Assembly: GCA_002633005.1 (NCBI GenBank)
Contig: NMRA01000181.1
Coordinates: 196,959-260,958 of the forward strand
Reading direction: 5' to 3'
DNA from: Phoronis australis
Taxonomy: Eukaryota; Animalia; Phoronida
DNA length: 64,000 nt
A model generated the notes under the pieces. That model was not told where the DNA came from, made no database searches, and saw nothing but the letters and a program-made list of their open reading frames with translations. Positions 50,140-62,450 of the stretch are shown here, piece by piece (position 1 is the first letter of the stretch; each line of letters opens with the position of its first letter). The position numbers and the translations under genes were made by a program.

Positions 50140-52350
50140 TATATCCCCCCTGGAAAGTGCTCAATCTAGTGTTCTCGGTCTTAATATAACAGTGCTCAGA
50201 ATTCACATGTCCACGTTTTAGGAATCGTCTCTCAAATCTCAGTCATGAGTCTCTTGGTAAGTTCACGTTCCTTCGTACACCTCTTGAGTGCTGGTTGGTC
50301 ATCAGCTGGCTCACCAGTGTGAAGACCCATCTGCAAGTCACTACGGCTCAAACACTCTTTCACACCAACAGGGTCAGACTGATTTGAAGGTTCTTTATTT
50401 GCACTAAAGTCGTCCACAGAATGACATCTCATCACTCATCGGCGACATCTTAAAGAACGACGAATTTCTGACTACGCCCCTCTCACCGTCAAACGCTGTA
50501 ACCACGGTCTCTTTGATGAATTCCACCTTCAATTAGTTCGATTAAAAGGGTAAACCTCCTTTAACAAGGTTATGTGGGGTCTTTACCAGAACTTTCAGTT
50601 CGCAAAGCTTCACGTACGGCAGTTTGTCTGCTTGTTCTTTCATTTTTATCTTTTAAGCATGGTCGCGCTTTTGAACAGCTTGGTTTTCTGAAACCGAATG
50701 GTGGGGGAGCTTAGTGCACATCATTCTCTTCACGAACATGTTGAATGCAGAAATGCCTCTTGTGAAGTATTAGGCTGATAGGTAAGCTTCAAGAAATGAT
50801 TGCAAAGATTTCTTCTACGATGTTCCTTCAGAACGAGCAATTCCCACATGCTTCTTCAGAGATGGCTCAACTTCTCTGTTAGCTCTGGGCAACAGAGGCG
50901 ATTCTGAAAGCATAAAGCTGCAAAGTAATCACATCAACGGTAGCCTATTATCAAATTTTAACACCTTTGGAGTACCAAAAGTGGCATATATGTTATCGAG
51001 CTTGGGAATTACGGATACTGCTGCTGCTTTTGATCGTACGGGTTCGATGATGGGGAAACGAAGTCGTCGATGAACACTGGTAAGGTCAAACGCACTTTGT
51101 GGGAGCTCAGTCGGCTGCAGAGATTCGTGAATAGAAACTGTTGTCTCTATTTGGCAACTCAAACAAGACAAAACTTTATGCTTGAGGAGACAATCCATGA
51201 CAGGAAACAACACATTCTTGCGCGTTAGGGATTTGGTTTTGACTATGCCGAGCTGTTCCTCGTGAGCAATAAAACCGATTTGTGCTTGTAATGAGGTAGG
51301 GATGACGATACGCCTTGACGTCAACAATATATTGCGGTCACGTAAGCACGTGAGCTCTTCTTTAATGATTTGATATCTGGACAGGTCATCTGGAATCACG
51401 TTAGCCGGAGGCTTGTGCCATTGGCCTGTTCTTAGACATTTGAGGACAACCTGCTGGGTGGGGTCTTTGCTTATTGCACTCAGTCACGGTCATTTCCTTG
51501 ATACCGCCTGGTTAGTAACGACCAAAAAGGGCTTTGTCGCAATTTCTGTGACTCATTGTGCCCTTGGGGTGTCATGAAACGTAGTCTGATACTCAACTGT
51601 AAACCTGTACCGGTGCAGTTCCAAAAGCCAACGTTCAACTCGTGCGATAGGTTTTGACGTCTTAGGTTATTGATCAGTGGAACAAGTGGCTGATGGTCTA
51701 TCACCACTCTGAAGTGTTTACCATATAAATGTACAAGTGGGACCGTTTGATCGCCCTGCAGATGGAAAGCATATACAAAAGTGATTTTGTAGCATCAAGG
51801 GGGTAGCTGGCAAAGCGCAAGGGACAGGAGTAACATCACCTGCATGAGCACCGCTCCTAGACCGATTGGGCTTCCGTCTATGTAGGTCATTGTCTCCTTA
51901 TTGGGGTCAAAGTAGGACATCGTGATGCTTTCTGATAATGCATGCTTCAAGTCAATAAAAGCCTTTGTCTCGTTGTCTCCCAATTTCTATTGTTGGGTTT
52001 CGTGAGTGAGCAGTCTAATTGGTCAGCTGATAATGGTAGAATCATCGATATACCTGTCCCAGAACGTCGTGAAACTCGGCAGACAACCCACAGCAGACAC
52101 ACTGGCTGGAGATGCAAGTGACGATATTACGATCGTTTGTTGTTAACGAGAAGATTGAATCTCGTTCAATTTCTTCAGATCTGAAGAAAGAAAGTCCGTC
52201 TCTGTAGATTTTATGTCCAAAGAATAACCTGCTCTTTCTTCGACGTTCCTCAGGTGCAGCGGTGCCGTACGTTTTCGAGTTGTCCCTAAGGCTATGCGCA
52301 TTCTTCCCCGAGCCATGTTATTTGTGATCCATCACTTATGTCTTGTCACA
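50140..52350 (-). mobile_element. Ty3/Gypsy LTR retrotransposon pol relic (RNase H, integrase)
   Basis: YFDPNKETMTYIDGSPIGLGAVL, VIDHQPLV, RIVIPTSLQ..AHE..LGIVKTKSL..CLSCQ, FATFG-like YATFGTPKVLKFDN. PPT-like CCAGGGGGGA on the minus strand near 50144-50153. Confidence 0.85.
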
Positions 52351-52737
52351 GCCAACGTCATATGTTCATAATGGCAATTTAGAATGAACAATCGACCCAT
52401 GAGGGACAAGGCGGTTTCCAAAACGTGAATGAACTCAGTGAATAAGCAAATAAGATATAGAGATCCTCACTAGTTCAAATGCTATCTTTCGGTATTACAA
52501 ATCATGAATTCATATTGTTAAGTGGGTTCCACTGTTTGGGCTATATGAACAATGTTTTTTTTTTGATTTTACAAACTGCCCCCGCGTAAATAAAGTGTAG
52601 TTTACTGCTCCCCGTTCTCGCCTGAAGCTAAGTTTTCCGTAGTTAAGTGTGCATACATTGAGGATACCGCAATCGGTGTCGTGATTTTCCTCAAATTGTG
52701 CCTCACATGATGGCAGTTGCTACAATAAACACCGTCC

Positions 52738-52855
52738 TTAGCGAAAAGTTCAGTGCAGAAACCACGTAGCCTACTGCACTGAACTTTTCGCTAAATATTT
52801 GAGTTTACGTTTAAGGCTTTGTGTCTGACGTAAGCCTCAAACGTAAACTCAAATA
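52738..52855. other. Two back-to-back long hairpins
   Basis: Perfect 21-bp IR 52738-52758 / 52774-52794 (15-nt loop), then 24-bp IR with one mismatch 52796-52819 / 52832-52855 (12-nt loop). Confidence 0.9.
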
Positions 52856-52968
52856 CTTACTATTGTGAACACTGAAAAACACCATGGAGAACTCGCACGA
52901 CTTTTAAAACATATGTGCTGTGTACGTTACCAATGTATCCATGTTTCATTTTATTCGCCTGGTTTCAG

Positions 52969-53115
52969 CTGATGGTGTATGGGGCTCGTGGAGCTCGGGA
53001 TCTTGCAGTGTCTCGTGCGGAGGAGGGTGGATCGTGAGGTCAAGAAAATGCAGCGGCAAACCCTGCACGGGTGTTAGCTCTAAAACACAAACATGTTCAC
53101 CAAATCCCTGCGCTC
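52969..53115 (+). CDS. Divergent short TSP1 exon (6th TSP1 domain)
   Basis: TTTCAG|147 bp|GTAAGA, phase 1-1: ADGVWGSWSSGSCSVSCGGGWIVRSRKCSGKPCTGVSSKTQTCSPNPCA (six Cys). Confidence 0.9.
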
Positions 53116-53289
53116 GTAAGATGAATTTCCATTTTCCCATTTCGCTTTCACAACTCCGGTTTTCTTCACAAGCAAGCCAAGTTACCTGTAATCCTACTTT
53201 TGCTTTTCGACTTCAAAAAGCAATAGCTGTTTCTGCAAGCCGAATCTTATAGATTACGATAACGACGATCGATGTACAGTTAACATTTT

Positions 53290-53575
53290 TGTTATAACAA
53301 TATCATTATCAATATTTTGTTGTTATTATTTTTTATTATTTCTGTTGTAATTGTAGTTACATATTTCTTTTTGTTGCTATTATTAGCAATAATAACAGTG
53401 ATAAAAAGAATAATATTTTCATTATCATTATCGCTACCCTTATCTTTATCATTATTGTGATTATCATTACCGTTATCATTATCGTTATCGTTATTATTAT
53501 TGCCATCATCACCGTTATCATTATCGTTATCGTTATTATTATTGCCATCATTACTGCTTCAATTATTGTTATCCG
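53290..53575. repeat. Degenerate (ATT/ATC/GTT)n trinucleotide low-complexity tract
   Basis: Includes a duplicated ACCGTTATCATTATCGTTATCGTTATTATTATTGCCATCAT. Confidence 0.85.
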
Positions 53576-56500
53576 TTTTAACCTTTACAGCGCCAATCGA
53601 TTAGAAATATCAACTATACAAGACAAGACCTTCGAAACTAAGCTTACAGGCTATAAAAACTCAGAGTGACTCATAACACGAACCAATAATAAATACACAA
53701 ATCACTTTATTTACGCAAGATTAATTAGGTTTATTTGATTTTAGATCTATGGGCTATCTTTGTAAACTTTAACGATAGGTTTTAGTTTGTGATGAAATCA
53801 TGTTATTCCCAAAAGAATTAGCAATTTAATGTTTTTGACCTGTAATGAAGAACATATCTAAGTAAAGACAGTGATATAGAAATAATAAAGATGTAATCAT
53901 TTAGTTTCAAACCAGTGTAATCCTGGAAATACATATACCTTTGAAAATGATGGTTACCTAATGAGATGACGTAAATAAAAGATATTTAATTAGTAAGACA
54001 ACGTACGTGGGGTAAACTTTATTGTTCTTGAATGATAAAGTTCCTCACGAGGTTTTGTTTTTAACCTTGGCAAAGCCAATAATGATAAAACAAGCTTGAA
54101 CTAGAACAAGAACTCTTTAATTCTAAAAAGATTAAAAATAATTAAATGTGGGTCATTACCGTGCACACATGTGTCGGGCGGGACGGATAATTCTGAATCT
54201 TTTTCGGCCTTGAGCGGAATTGCGGAAATTTTATATCAGGCAAACACCACAATAAATAAAATACTTTCTTTGCTTGATTTTTGTTTTAATATTTTTTCGA
54301 AAAAAATTTTAAGTTCATCCCTCAGGGTGCCAACTATTGGTGGGCACCATGAAAGCTCGCGAGCCAGAGCAACAAAGAACGGCTAATGCCGAAACATGAT
54401 CAAAAGTTTCCAAAGAAATAGAAACACGCAAAAAGCAGTTGTATACCCTACATGTACATGGATTTAGAATGGGATAAGGTCCCTACCTTATCCCATTTTC
54501 AAGTTTTGAAAGTCGTCAGGAAATTTAATTTGAATTACATCCAGTTTTCTTTTTACCGAAACGGGTTTTTGATATAACATCTACTTCTTTCACTGACTCA
54601 ACATTACAAATTTGTTTTTGTGTGGGTGTAGAGCACATTTATCGAGATACTTTCACTTCATGCGCAGAACTTTTTCATTACAAGCACATTGGAAAATAAA
54701 ATTCCTAAGGTAATCCTGAATTGTATTTAAAATTCAATACCTCCGAAATCGCATTTCTCATCACACTTTAACATATCTTTCAAATGTTTATTTCGCGTCG
54801 TGAAATGGCATAAATGCAATATCGAAAGATTCAAAACCGCGTTCTCTGTCCGCTTTCAATAAAAACATGGACGTTTTTATATTACAAACTGCGTTTTTGC
54901 GTTTCTCAGGATCGTTTTAGATAAGAGTCTCGGGTAAAGGTTTGCCTGAAACTTTCTGTGGCAATAGACGTTTCCGATGCGCCTGGTCAAGAACCCCTGG
55001 CAGCCTCCAATAGTTGCTACCTTGAGGGGTGAACCAAATCACAAAACTAGCACCGTTTTGCATCAGACGTCCAAAATACTTATCTATATTTTGAAAAATC
55101 ATGTTGCAAATGAAGTACTCGTTTTGAATAAAATGTCAGTCGCCTTATAACGTTCCCTACTGCAGGAAGGTGGTGTTTTCAGAAAAAAAAACCTAAATGA
55201 TGACTTTTTCATGGGAGCTCCCTACAAACTGGTCCCTTTTACCAGTATATGCACATATCTAATTTTCTAGCTGAACCCCTGGAAAATATAGTCGAAACAC
55301 CTGAGGGGATGGCCAGGATTTAAAAGCGAAGCGCTTGATCGTACTAACTTTTTCAGCGATTGATCGCTTCTTCGCAACGCAGCCAGATATGAATATGGGT
55401 ACAGTGGTTTCCAGGATAAACTGTTCAGCTTCATAATTTGACTAAAAAACGCTCCTTAATATCTATTTATTTTCCAATAGACCATGTTTCAATTCAGCGA
55501 AGATCTTGACAGACGTGGCGTCGAAATATCGACAAGTTGTCGAGCTAGTCCATACAAATATATGAGGTGCTAGGCGTTACGTTAAACTCAGTCTTGATAT
55601 CCAAAACACAAAACTCGAAGAAAAGGGTTTTTGGATTTTGGATTTTGTATTTGTATTCGACGTTACTTTTTATCACGAGACTCAACAAAGAAGTCCCCCA
55701 AGCACTAAAACACTATGAACATTTCAAAAAATAATTATAAGTTGATGTTTCAAATCAAGAAAAAATAGCTAAAAAACATTACTGGAAGACTATATCAAGG
55801 TACAAATCTACCTGGCAGTCGCGCAAGACTCAAGGACAAGCTAGCTCGTCATTACGGGTAATGTAGTTATATTCGTCTTGCACGGCAGTCCAGCTCTCGA
55901 ATTTGATCCCAAACGCCCTTGCCTCTGTTCGACTCGTTTCTCACGTACACTCAAATGAGATTCTATCCTGGCTCGTTTACGCCAGAATAAAAGAACATAT
56001 CCACTGATACTGAAAGTAACTGCTACACGACGTCACCTAAGTAACCTCACTTTATGGCCTGCTTTCACACATGAGATACGACTGCTCTAAAGCGGAGTTC
56101 ACCGTGTTTGCTAGAGGGTGGTGTTCTGTGCCGAGTTGCATGACACCAGTCCAAAATAGGTATTCAACTAAGCTCCCTAAATCTTTTGCCTATCTGTGTC
56201 TTTGTTTACTCACAGATGTAATCTTTTTCTACCCTTTCATCTTTATTATGACCTCCTCATCGACTTATGACATTTTTTAAATAATATAACTAAAAACTGA
56301 GCCCTGAATTCAATGAAAATAAATAGGGACTTATTGCGTATTCAATGTTGAGTTCACTCTTGACTTGTATCAAAGCCAAAAGTTGACTAAGAAATGAAAC
56401 TAAAAAAGAAAGGACAATCACTGTTACGTCCACAAATACGCAGTAGATTTAGGGAACTCAATTGAGTCTCAATTTGGGACTGGTTCGTGCAACCGGACAC

Positions 56501-58024
56501 AGATCCCCTCGTGCGCTAGAAGTCTTATACATAGATAACTACAAACTGAAAGGTGTACACTACATGTTCATACTACGAAATAAGTGAATACATCGTTAGT
56601 ATAACACAAGACAGAATCAGTTATGTAGAGCAAAACACTTAATAACCGAAAATTATACAATCAAGAGCTGTTAACTTGATTGAAGTCTTGCAACATTACA
56701 AAAATCGCAAGCAAAAGTGTTTTCGATGGTGAAATCAATACGACACTCATCAGAGCAATTCCCTCAGTGTCTTTCACCGCACCCGAAAACAATGATCTTA
56801 TTCAAATATGCAGAGCACAACTATAGTGTGTGGTTTTCTGATAATGGGACGACAATGAATCATTGATAATGAGATGTACACTACTTCACTACCACTCACG
56901 AACCTGTGAGCTAGGCAGCGCCTCACCAGTTAAACGGGGACGAAGGAAGTGAGGGGCGGATGGGCACGTGCCTCCCATTACGTTACAGGCGTGAGGATGA
57001 AACCTAGGTAGCGGCTGGTGTAGGGCGGTGGATTGGGAAAGAATGAAATATAGCGAGACAAATACAGTCGTAGAGAGAAAACAATTGTCATCTACTACTG
57101 CTAGATCAGCCTTCGGGGTAGGGGCTGGCCAGGGCGTTTTTGTATTTTGCAAGCATACTTCGAAAGTGTCCGAAAAATTAAGCTTTGCTCAGAATTTCCA
57201 GAGAAATTCTATTGAGGTTTTAAATTCAAGAAGATCACTTTTACCCAGCGAATGCAAATCTGTATTATTTCAGGGATTCCTCTCTTGTAAAGGGTAATAA
57301 AATCGTTCTCTCTTTCCGTTTTTTCTTTGAAATTGTATGTAAACTGATGTAAATCGTAGCTCTTGGGGAGGGCCCACATCCGTGGTTAACCTTTTACTGT
57401 TTTTCATATTCATAGCCTTTCTTGTAAACTCTCCCAACTTTCATCCTTGCCAGGTATACGCACATGTTATGCTAATACAAGTTTAAAGAAATTTGGTCTG
57501 TTAAGTTGGTTATAAAATTTCAGAATAAAGCGAATTTATTTACCTTAACTCGGTAGACACTTTAAAAGGTATCTTTTCCTTACTGAGAGCGCTAGCACGG
57601 ACGTCTTGAGACAATGGCTTGTAATTAGTTTCTACCACTAAAATGAGCTAAAATATCACTTGCTGTTGAAATGAAGAGGACCCATCTTGGAAGTGTTGGC
57701 CAACCTTTATAAGAAGCTTCTGATTCGGCCTTTTTGGTACTTTTCGGTCAATATTCTATATGATGTGTTTGGGAGGATTCAGTTTTTGTCGTGTTTTAAA
57801 AGGTTTGAGACGAATATAGTGTTATTAACAAAACTTCTTATATTATGTGATGTAGGGAAAATATGCTCCATTTAACTGACCCATAGGCTGTCTTAATGCA
57901 GCTTCAAATTGGCAAAAATTGAAACAGGTGCATATAATTTTGACATGTTACTCTTTGGGCAAATGGCCATTCTTACCAATAATGTTTAACCCATTGAAAC
58001 CATTGCTTGTTTCACTTTCTTAAG

Positions 58025-58222
58025 GAACTTGCCAGGTTACCGTCACTGGCAAGCACATCGTCCAATACAATTCAACTGTGTTATCACAAGGCCTACATGA
58101 TATCTCATTCGGAGAAAGTGTCGTGTTCAAGTGCAAGGATTCGGACATATTCCCAGACTACGGAAATAATAAGACAGGATATTGCCCTGGACAGTTTTCA
58201 AAAGAGGTGTTTCAGGAATGTG
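58025..58222 (+). CDS. Sushi/CCP-like exon 1 (GC donor; this frame is not in the ORF track)
   Basis: TTGTTTCACTTTCTTAAG|198 bp|GCAAGT, phase 1-1: RTCQVTVTGKHIVQYNSTVLSQGLHDISFGESVVFKCKDSDIFPDYGNNKTGYCPGQFSKEVFQEC. Four Cys, GESVVFKC motif, similar start to the next exon. Confidence 0.75.
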
Positions 58223-60502
58223 GCAAGTACTTTTAAAAATATTTGATGTTGTAGAGAGTTAGGAGAACAGTCGCAAACAGGGTCATTGCTTAAGGAGAAA
58301 CGGTGTTTTGGATGATTTTACTTTAACGTGCATTCTATGTGATAAAAAAAAACTTTGAGATTTTGGAAGTGGTAAACAAATGCCTAAAAACATTCCTAAT
58401 ACTAAGAAAATAACTGTTGGCAACGAGCTCAAATATTCGGTAGGTGCCGTGGGGCATCGTTCCCACACAGGCCTACTCAGCCAGATGCCATTCACGGTGC
58501 GTGTCAGAGTGCGTGGTTGTGCGTGTGCGTGCTCGAGTGTTTTTGTGTGGTGGTATTGCTATTTTTGTAAGCTTGTGCACATTCTTCTTCTTGTAATGAT
58601 GCCAACATTTAGTCTCGTTTTTGCATAAAGGTACCTATTTTGCGAATGAGTGGACAGAAAACACTTCAGTGTATTCCAAATGTTATGAACATGCACACCT
58701 TTAAAGTCGAAAATGTCCCAGAGTATCCCTTTCAAATGACTCGGTAAGCGCTCCATGATGCGGAAGGGGAATGCGTCATGGAACTGTAACCCGTTTAAAA
58801 TATATACTGTTTCTCCAAAAACGTTTCGTTGTGACTGGTAAATTCCAAATGATTTAATTACTGGTACGCATGTATTCGCGAAATTTTCATTTTCAGTCAC
58901 AAAACAAATATGTGTGATTTATGATATTGCTCAATTAATATGAATTTCAAATTTTCGTGTTTGAAACTGCTTCCCACGCAGATAGCTGTCTATTTGCATC
59001 ATAGACACAGGTATCGTTATTAGGCACGCATCAACCTTTGTCATTTACTGTACACTTTTGATGCGTTCAAGTACCATTCAGTACTAAGAAGGAATGGAAG
59101 ATTTAAGAATAAGAAGAAAACAGGTGCTAAAATTAGAGTGTTTTATTTTTAACTGAAGTGAACATTGGTATACGCAATTATAAAACCGTGAAGTGCAACA
59201 GTGAGGGTAAATGAAATAACGTCAAAAAACATTTCAAGTTGGAAGAAAAGATTGGAATGGTTACTAATGAAGACAGAGGTACAGCAGAGCATAGATGGAA
59301 ATGACTATTACTAATGCTGTTTTGAAATTATTACTTTTTCATAATTCCACGAAGATAATGAGTTATCGGTGCCATTTTATACTGTTGGTTAATTCGTCTC
59401 AAAAATCGTGATCTAACAGCATGGAGTTTTGGGAGATCCCACACACTTACAGTGACATGTAGCTGCTGGAAACGAAATGTAGCATGCAGGCTTGACGAAG
59501 GAAGAGAAATAGCTCATACACCTTGGATAGGACTCATTCACCTTCAAATACGAATAAACCCAAACTCATGTGTAAGATACCTAGAATACAAATCGCTGTT
59601 CTTCATGGGTTTTGCGTTTTGTATGCAATCCCCATTGGCCATAGTTCGTTTGATGTTGTACACGTGTTGGGGCCAAAAAGCCACTAATCACGAGTCGCAG
59701 TAATGAAACTCGGGTAAAACTAACATTAGTTAGATGCTACAAGGTGATGCTGAATTGAGTTAAAAAGAGCAACCTCGTTCAAATGCTAGCGTGTCTTCTT
59801 TCTCGATCCTGATTAGAAGGGGAGACTGGAGAGATCGGTTGTAACGAAATTACTTTAACTATTGGAAGTGGTAACCACAACTTGTAGATTTGTATGAAAT
59901 TGAGATAGGGTCGTCCCGGATTACACAGCGACACTCGAATCTCGCTGTATTTACCCACAATGCAGTAAACATCCTTGAGGCTTATTTGCTGCCTCGTTTT
60001 TGTGCCAGTGGTGCGTCACATGTTTTTGTTGTTGTCTGATTGTTTACAAACTTCTCTAGGTTGGGTTCCTCTATTCGTCCTTCCTATGTCAACAAAGTAT
60101 TACCCTGCAACTCCGACGTGAGAAAATTTGATTAACTGGACAAATACCTGGATGCGTGATCTGAGATTCTTTGCCTTCCCGACATCAATGGGAAGCGAGA
60201 AAATGTGCTGGATTTCCAAAATGAGGTTACGCGCTTTGATTTCCGGGACAAAGGAGAATTCTACCGCCGTGTAATCCGGGACGGCTCTATTGTAATTCTG
60301 AGAAGTGGTGTCACAACTCGGAACGGAAAACAAACTGCGCTGCTTTTAATAAGGACAGTTTGGATTTCCTGTCTGTATGGAAACTAACCAACTGGAATCA
60401 GAATGCTTCATTGGCCTTTTTCTGTTCTGGCTTGTCTGTTAAAGATGCCCTATGGTTTCTAAAACTCCTCTTGGTAACACAGAGTATGCTCCGTCCTTTC
60501 AG

Positions 60503-60724
60503 TGAGTAGTTGCATTGTCACAGTGCAGGATAGACAGACGACGCACTACAGTGCCACGAGGATTCCGGATAAAACGGCTTTTGCATCTGGAGAAAAGCTC
60601 CTGCTTCGACAAGGGACTGATTCAGTACAGCTGACGTGTGACGCTGGCTACGCGTTTACTAGAGGCAAAAACAAGACGTGCCCCTGTGACGGTAATTTCC
60701 AACAGTGCATAAAATCGAAATGCG
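60503..60724 (+). CDS. Sushi/CCP-like exon 2
   Basis: CCTTTCAG|222 bp|GTGAGT, phase 1-1: VSSCIVTVQD..DSVQLTCDAGYAFTRGKNKTCPCDGNFQQCIKSKC. Confidence 0.85.
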
Positions 60725-62243
60725 GTGAGTAATTGTCTGTCCGGGCTTATCATGTCAAAAGTGGCTATACAGCTGGCTGAATATCGTTTAGAGCTTCTAA
60801 AGTTTTCCGCTCTTCCAAAGGGGTCCGTTCATCAGAAAACTGATGTAGCTATATCAAGTAGCGTAACAATGTTTCAATTACGACAACAATACGATGCGAG
60901 TAACTGAATGAGAAAGTCTTCGGTTTTACGGTATTGAGCTTGATTCTTCCAGATGCATCTAGTTCTCATTGTGATTCATGTCGAGCAACGGTTTTAAAGA
61001 AATTTGGAATGAGCTACCTTCACAGCAGGTACAAAGCATTCCTGAATTGAAAAAGAATCCCGTATATTTGCAGGCTCAAATTATAGATATCTGTCGTTAA
61101 ATAACATCACGTAGTTAAAATATAGAGCAGATACCCATTAAATGTCCTTATTCGTGTCCCCTGGTCCCATACCACGTGAAAATCAGCACCTTTCAAATGT
61201 CCCAGACAATAAATCGCCAGGTTCCCTTAGCGAAATGTTGTGCCGATGCTGATTTCGGTTGCAGAATGCATACAAATTAAAAAGGACTCCACCTGATCAG
61301 GATAGCCGAAAATACAATTGATACGAATAGAAAATCCAAATTGAACCATTTTGGGTGAAAATGTCACGTAACAGGCATTACAAGTAAGACGTTGGTTTTC
61401 AAAAATTAGGACAAACTGTGCCCTACACTTAATATGTAGGCGTACCCAGCTGTTTAACCGCGTGTCTGTGCATACTTGAATCTTCCAAAGACTAACACTG
61501 TAGCTACTTCATTAAAATTTAATCCTCCCATTGCCTTATTTTCTGTGTCATGTACTGTTTTTGATAATTACCATGCAATGGAAAACGTTACTGTGGCGAT
61601 TTGTTGCATCTTAGTGAACCGTTGGATACCACAAGTTTGGACCCGGTATAACTACTGGTAATTTTCGGTTTAGGATGTCCGTATATTTGTGTACGAAAGA
61701 TAGCTTTGAGGATGTTTACAAGGATTTGCAATCGCAGTGAGGTTTTTACTTGGTAAAATGAATTTCCCCCAATTTTGCTGCCTTTTAAAGAAGTTCATTT
61801 TTCGTTTTTTTAAGTTTGTTTGTACGCACGCAGTCGCTACAGGTAGCGATTTTCTTCCGATCGACATGATAAAATCCACACACATGTGTATCTCTTTAAT
61901 ATCACGAAGCCAAGGGAAAGCTAACCGAGGGGGGCCTTGTGGATGCCATTTGTCGATTTTTTGTTTCTCGGAGCACTGACTCTGTGTCCCCGCTTTCTAG
62001 GATTCTTTTGAAATTAATGCTAAAATTGATTTTAAAATACTTTACATGCTAGGAAAGTCGGGGGGTATTTATAATATGTCTGACCACGACAAATGCTGCT
62101 CGAAATGGGGTCGAATATAAGCGAATTAGTTGATAATCTGATATGACGTATGTATTTGTTCAGAGCGTTTTGCAGTCGTCCCAAACGAGTTTTAGATTGT
62201 TATTGGACATCAAATGAACACAGAGTTAATCTGCTTTTTTCAG

Positions 62244-62450
62244 AAGCCGTTTGCGAGCTTCCTGGTGGTGACGAGATATACGAATATGTTGACAGCAACA
62301 ACAATCGTTTTTCGTCCACGTTTGTTTTAAAGAACACAGGTTTAAAAATGAAATGCAAGGAAGGATACTCGATGATAAGTGGCAGCAATTACAAGAATTT
62401 CCGATGTGACCCTAGCACCTGGACTACGCCACGATCACAGGCTTGTGAAG
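62244..62450 (+). CDS. Sushi/CCP-like exon 3
   Basis: TTTTTTCAG|207 bp|GTACAT, phase 1-1: EAVCELP..LKMKCKEGYSMISGSNYKNFRCDPSTWTTPRSQACE (C, CxxGY, C, W, C). Confidence 0.85.

Noticed and set aside
53357-53669. Ile/Thr/Met-rich ORFs resembling membrane proteins
   Set aside because: Translation of a trinucleotide low-complexity tract.
60060-60387. Possible extra exon before the second Sushi exon
   Set aside because: No phase 1-1 open exon with a donor; no Cys pattern.
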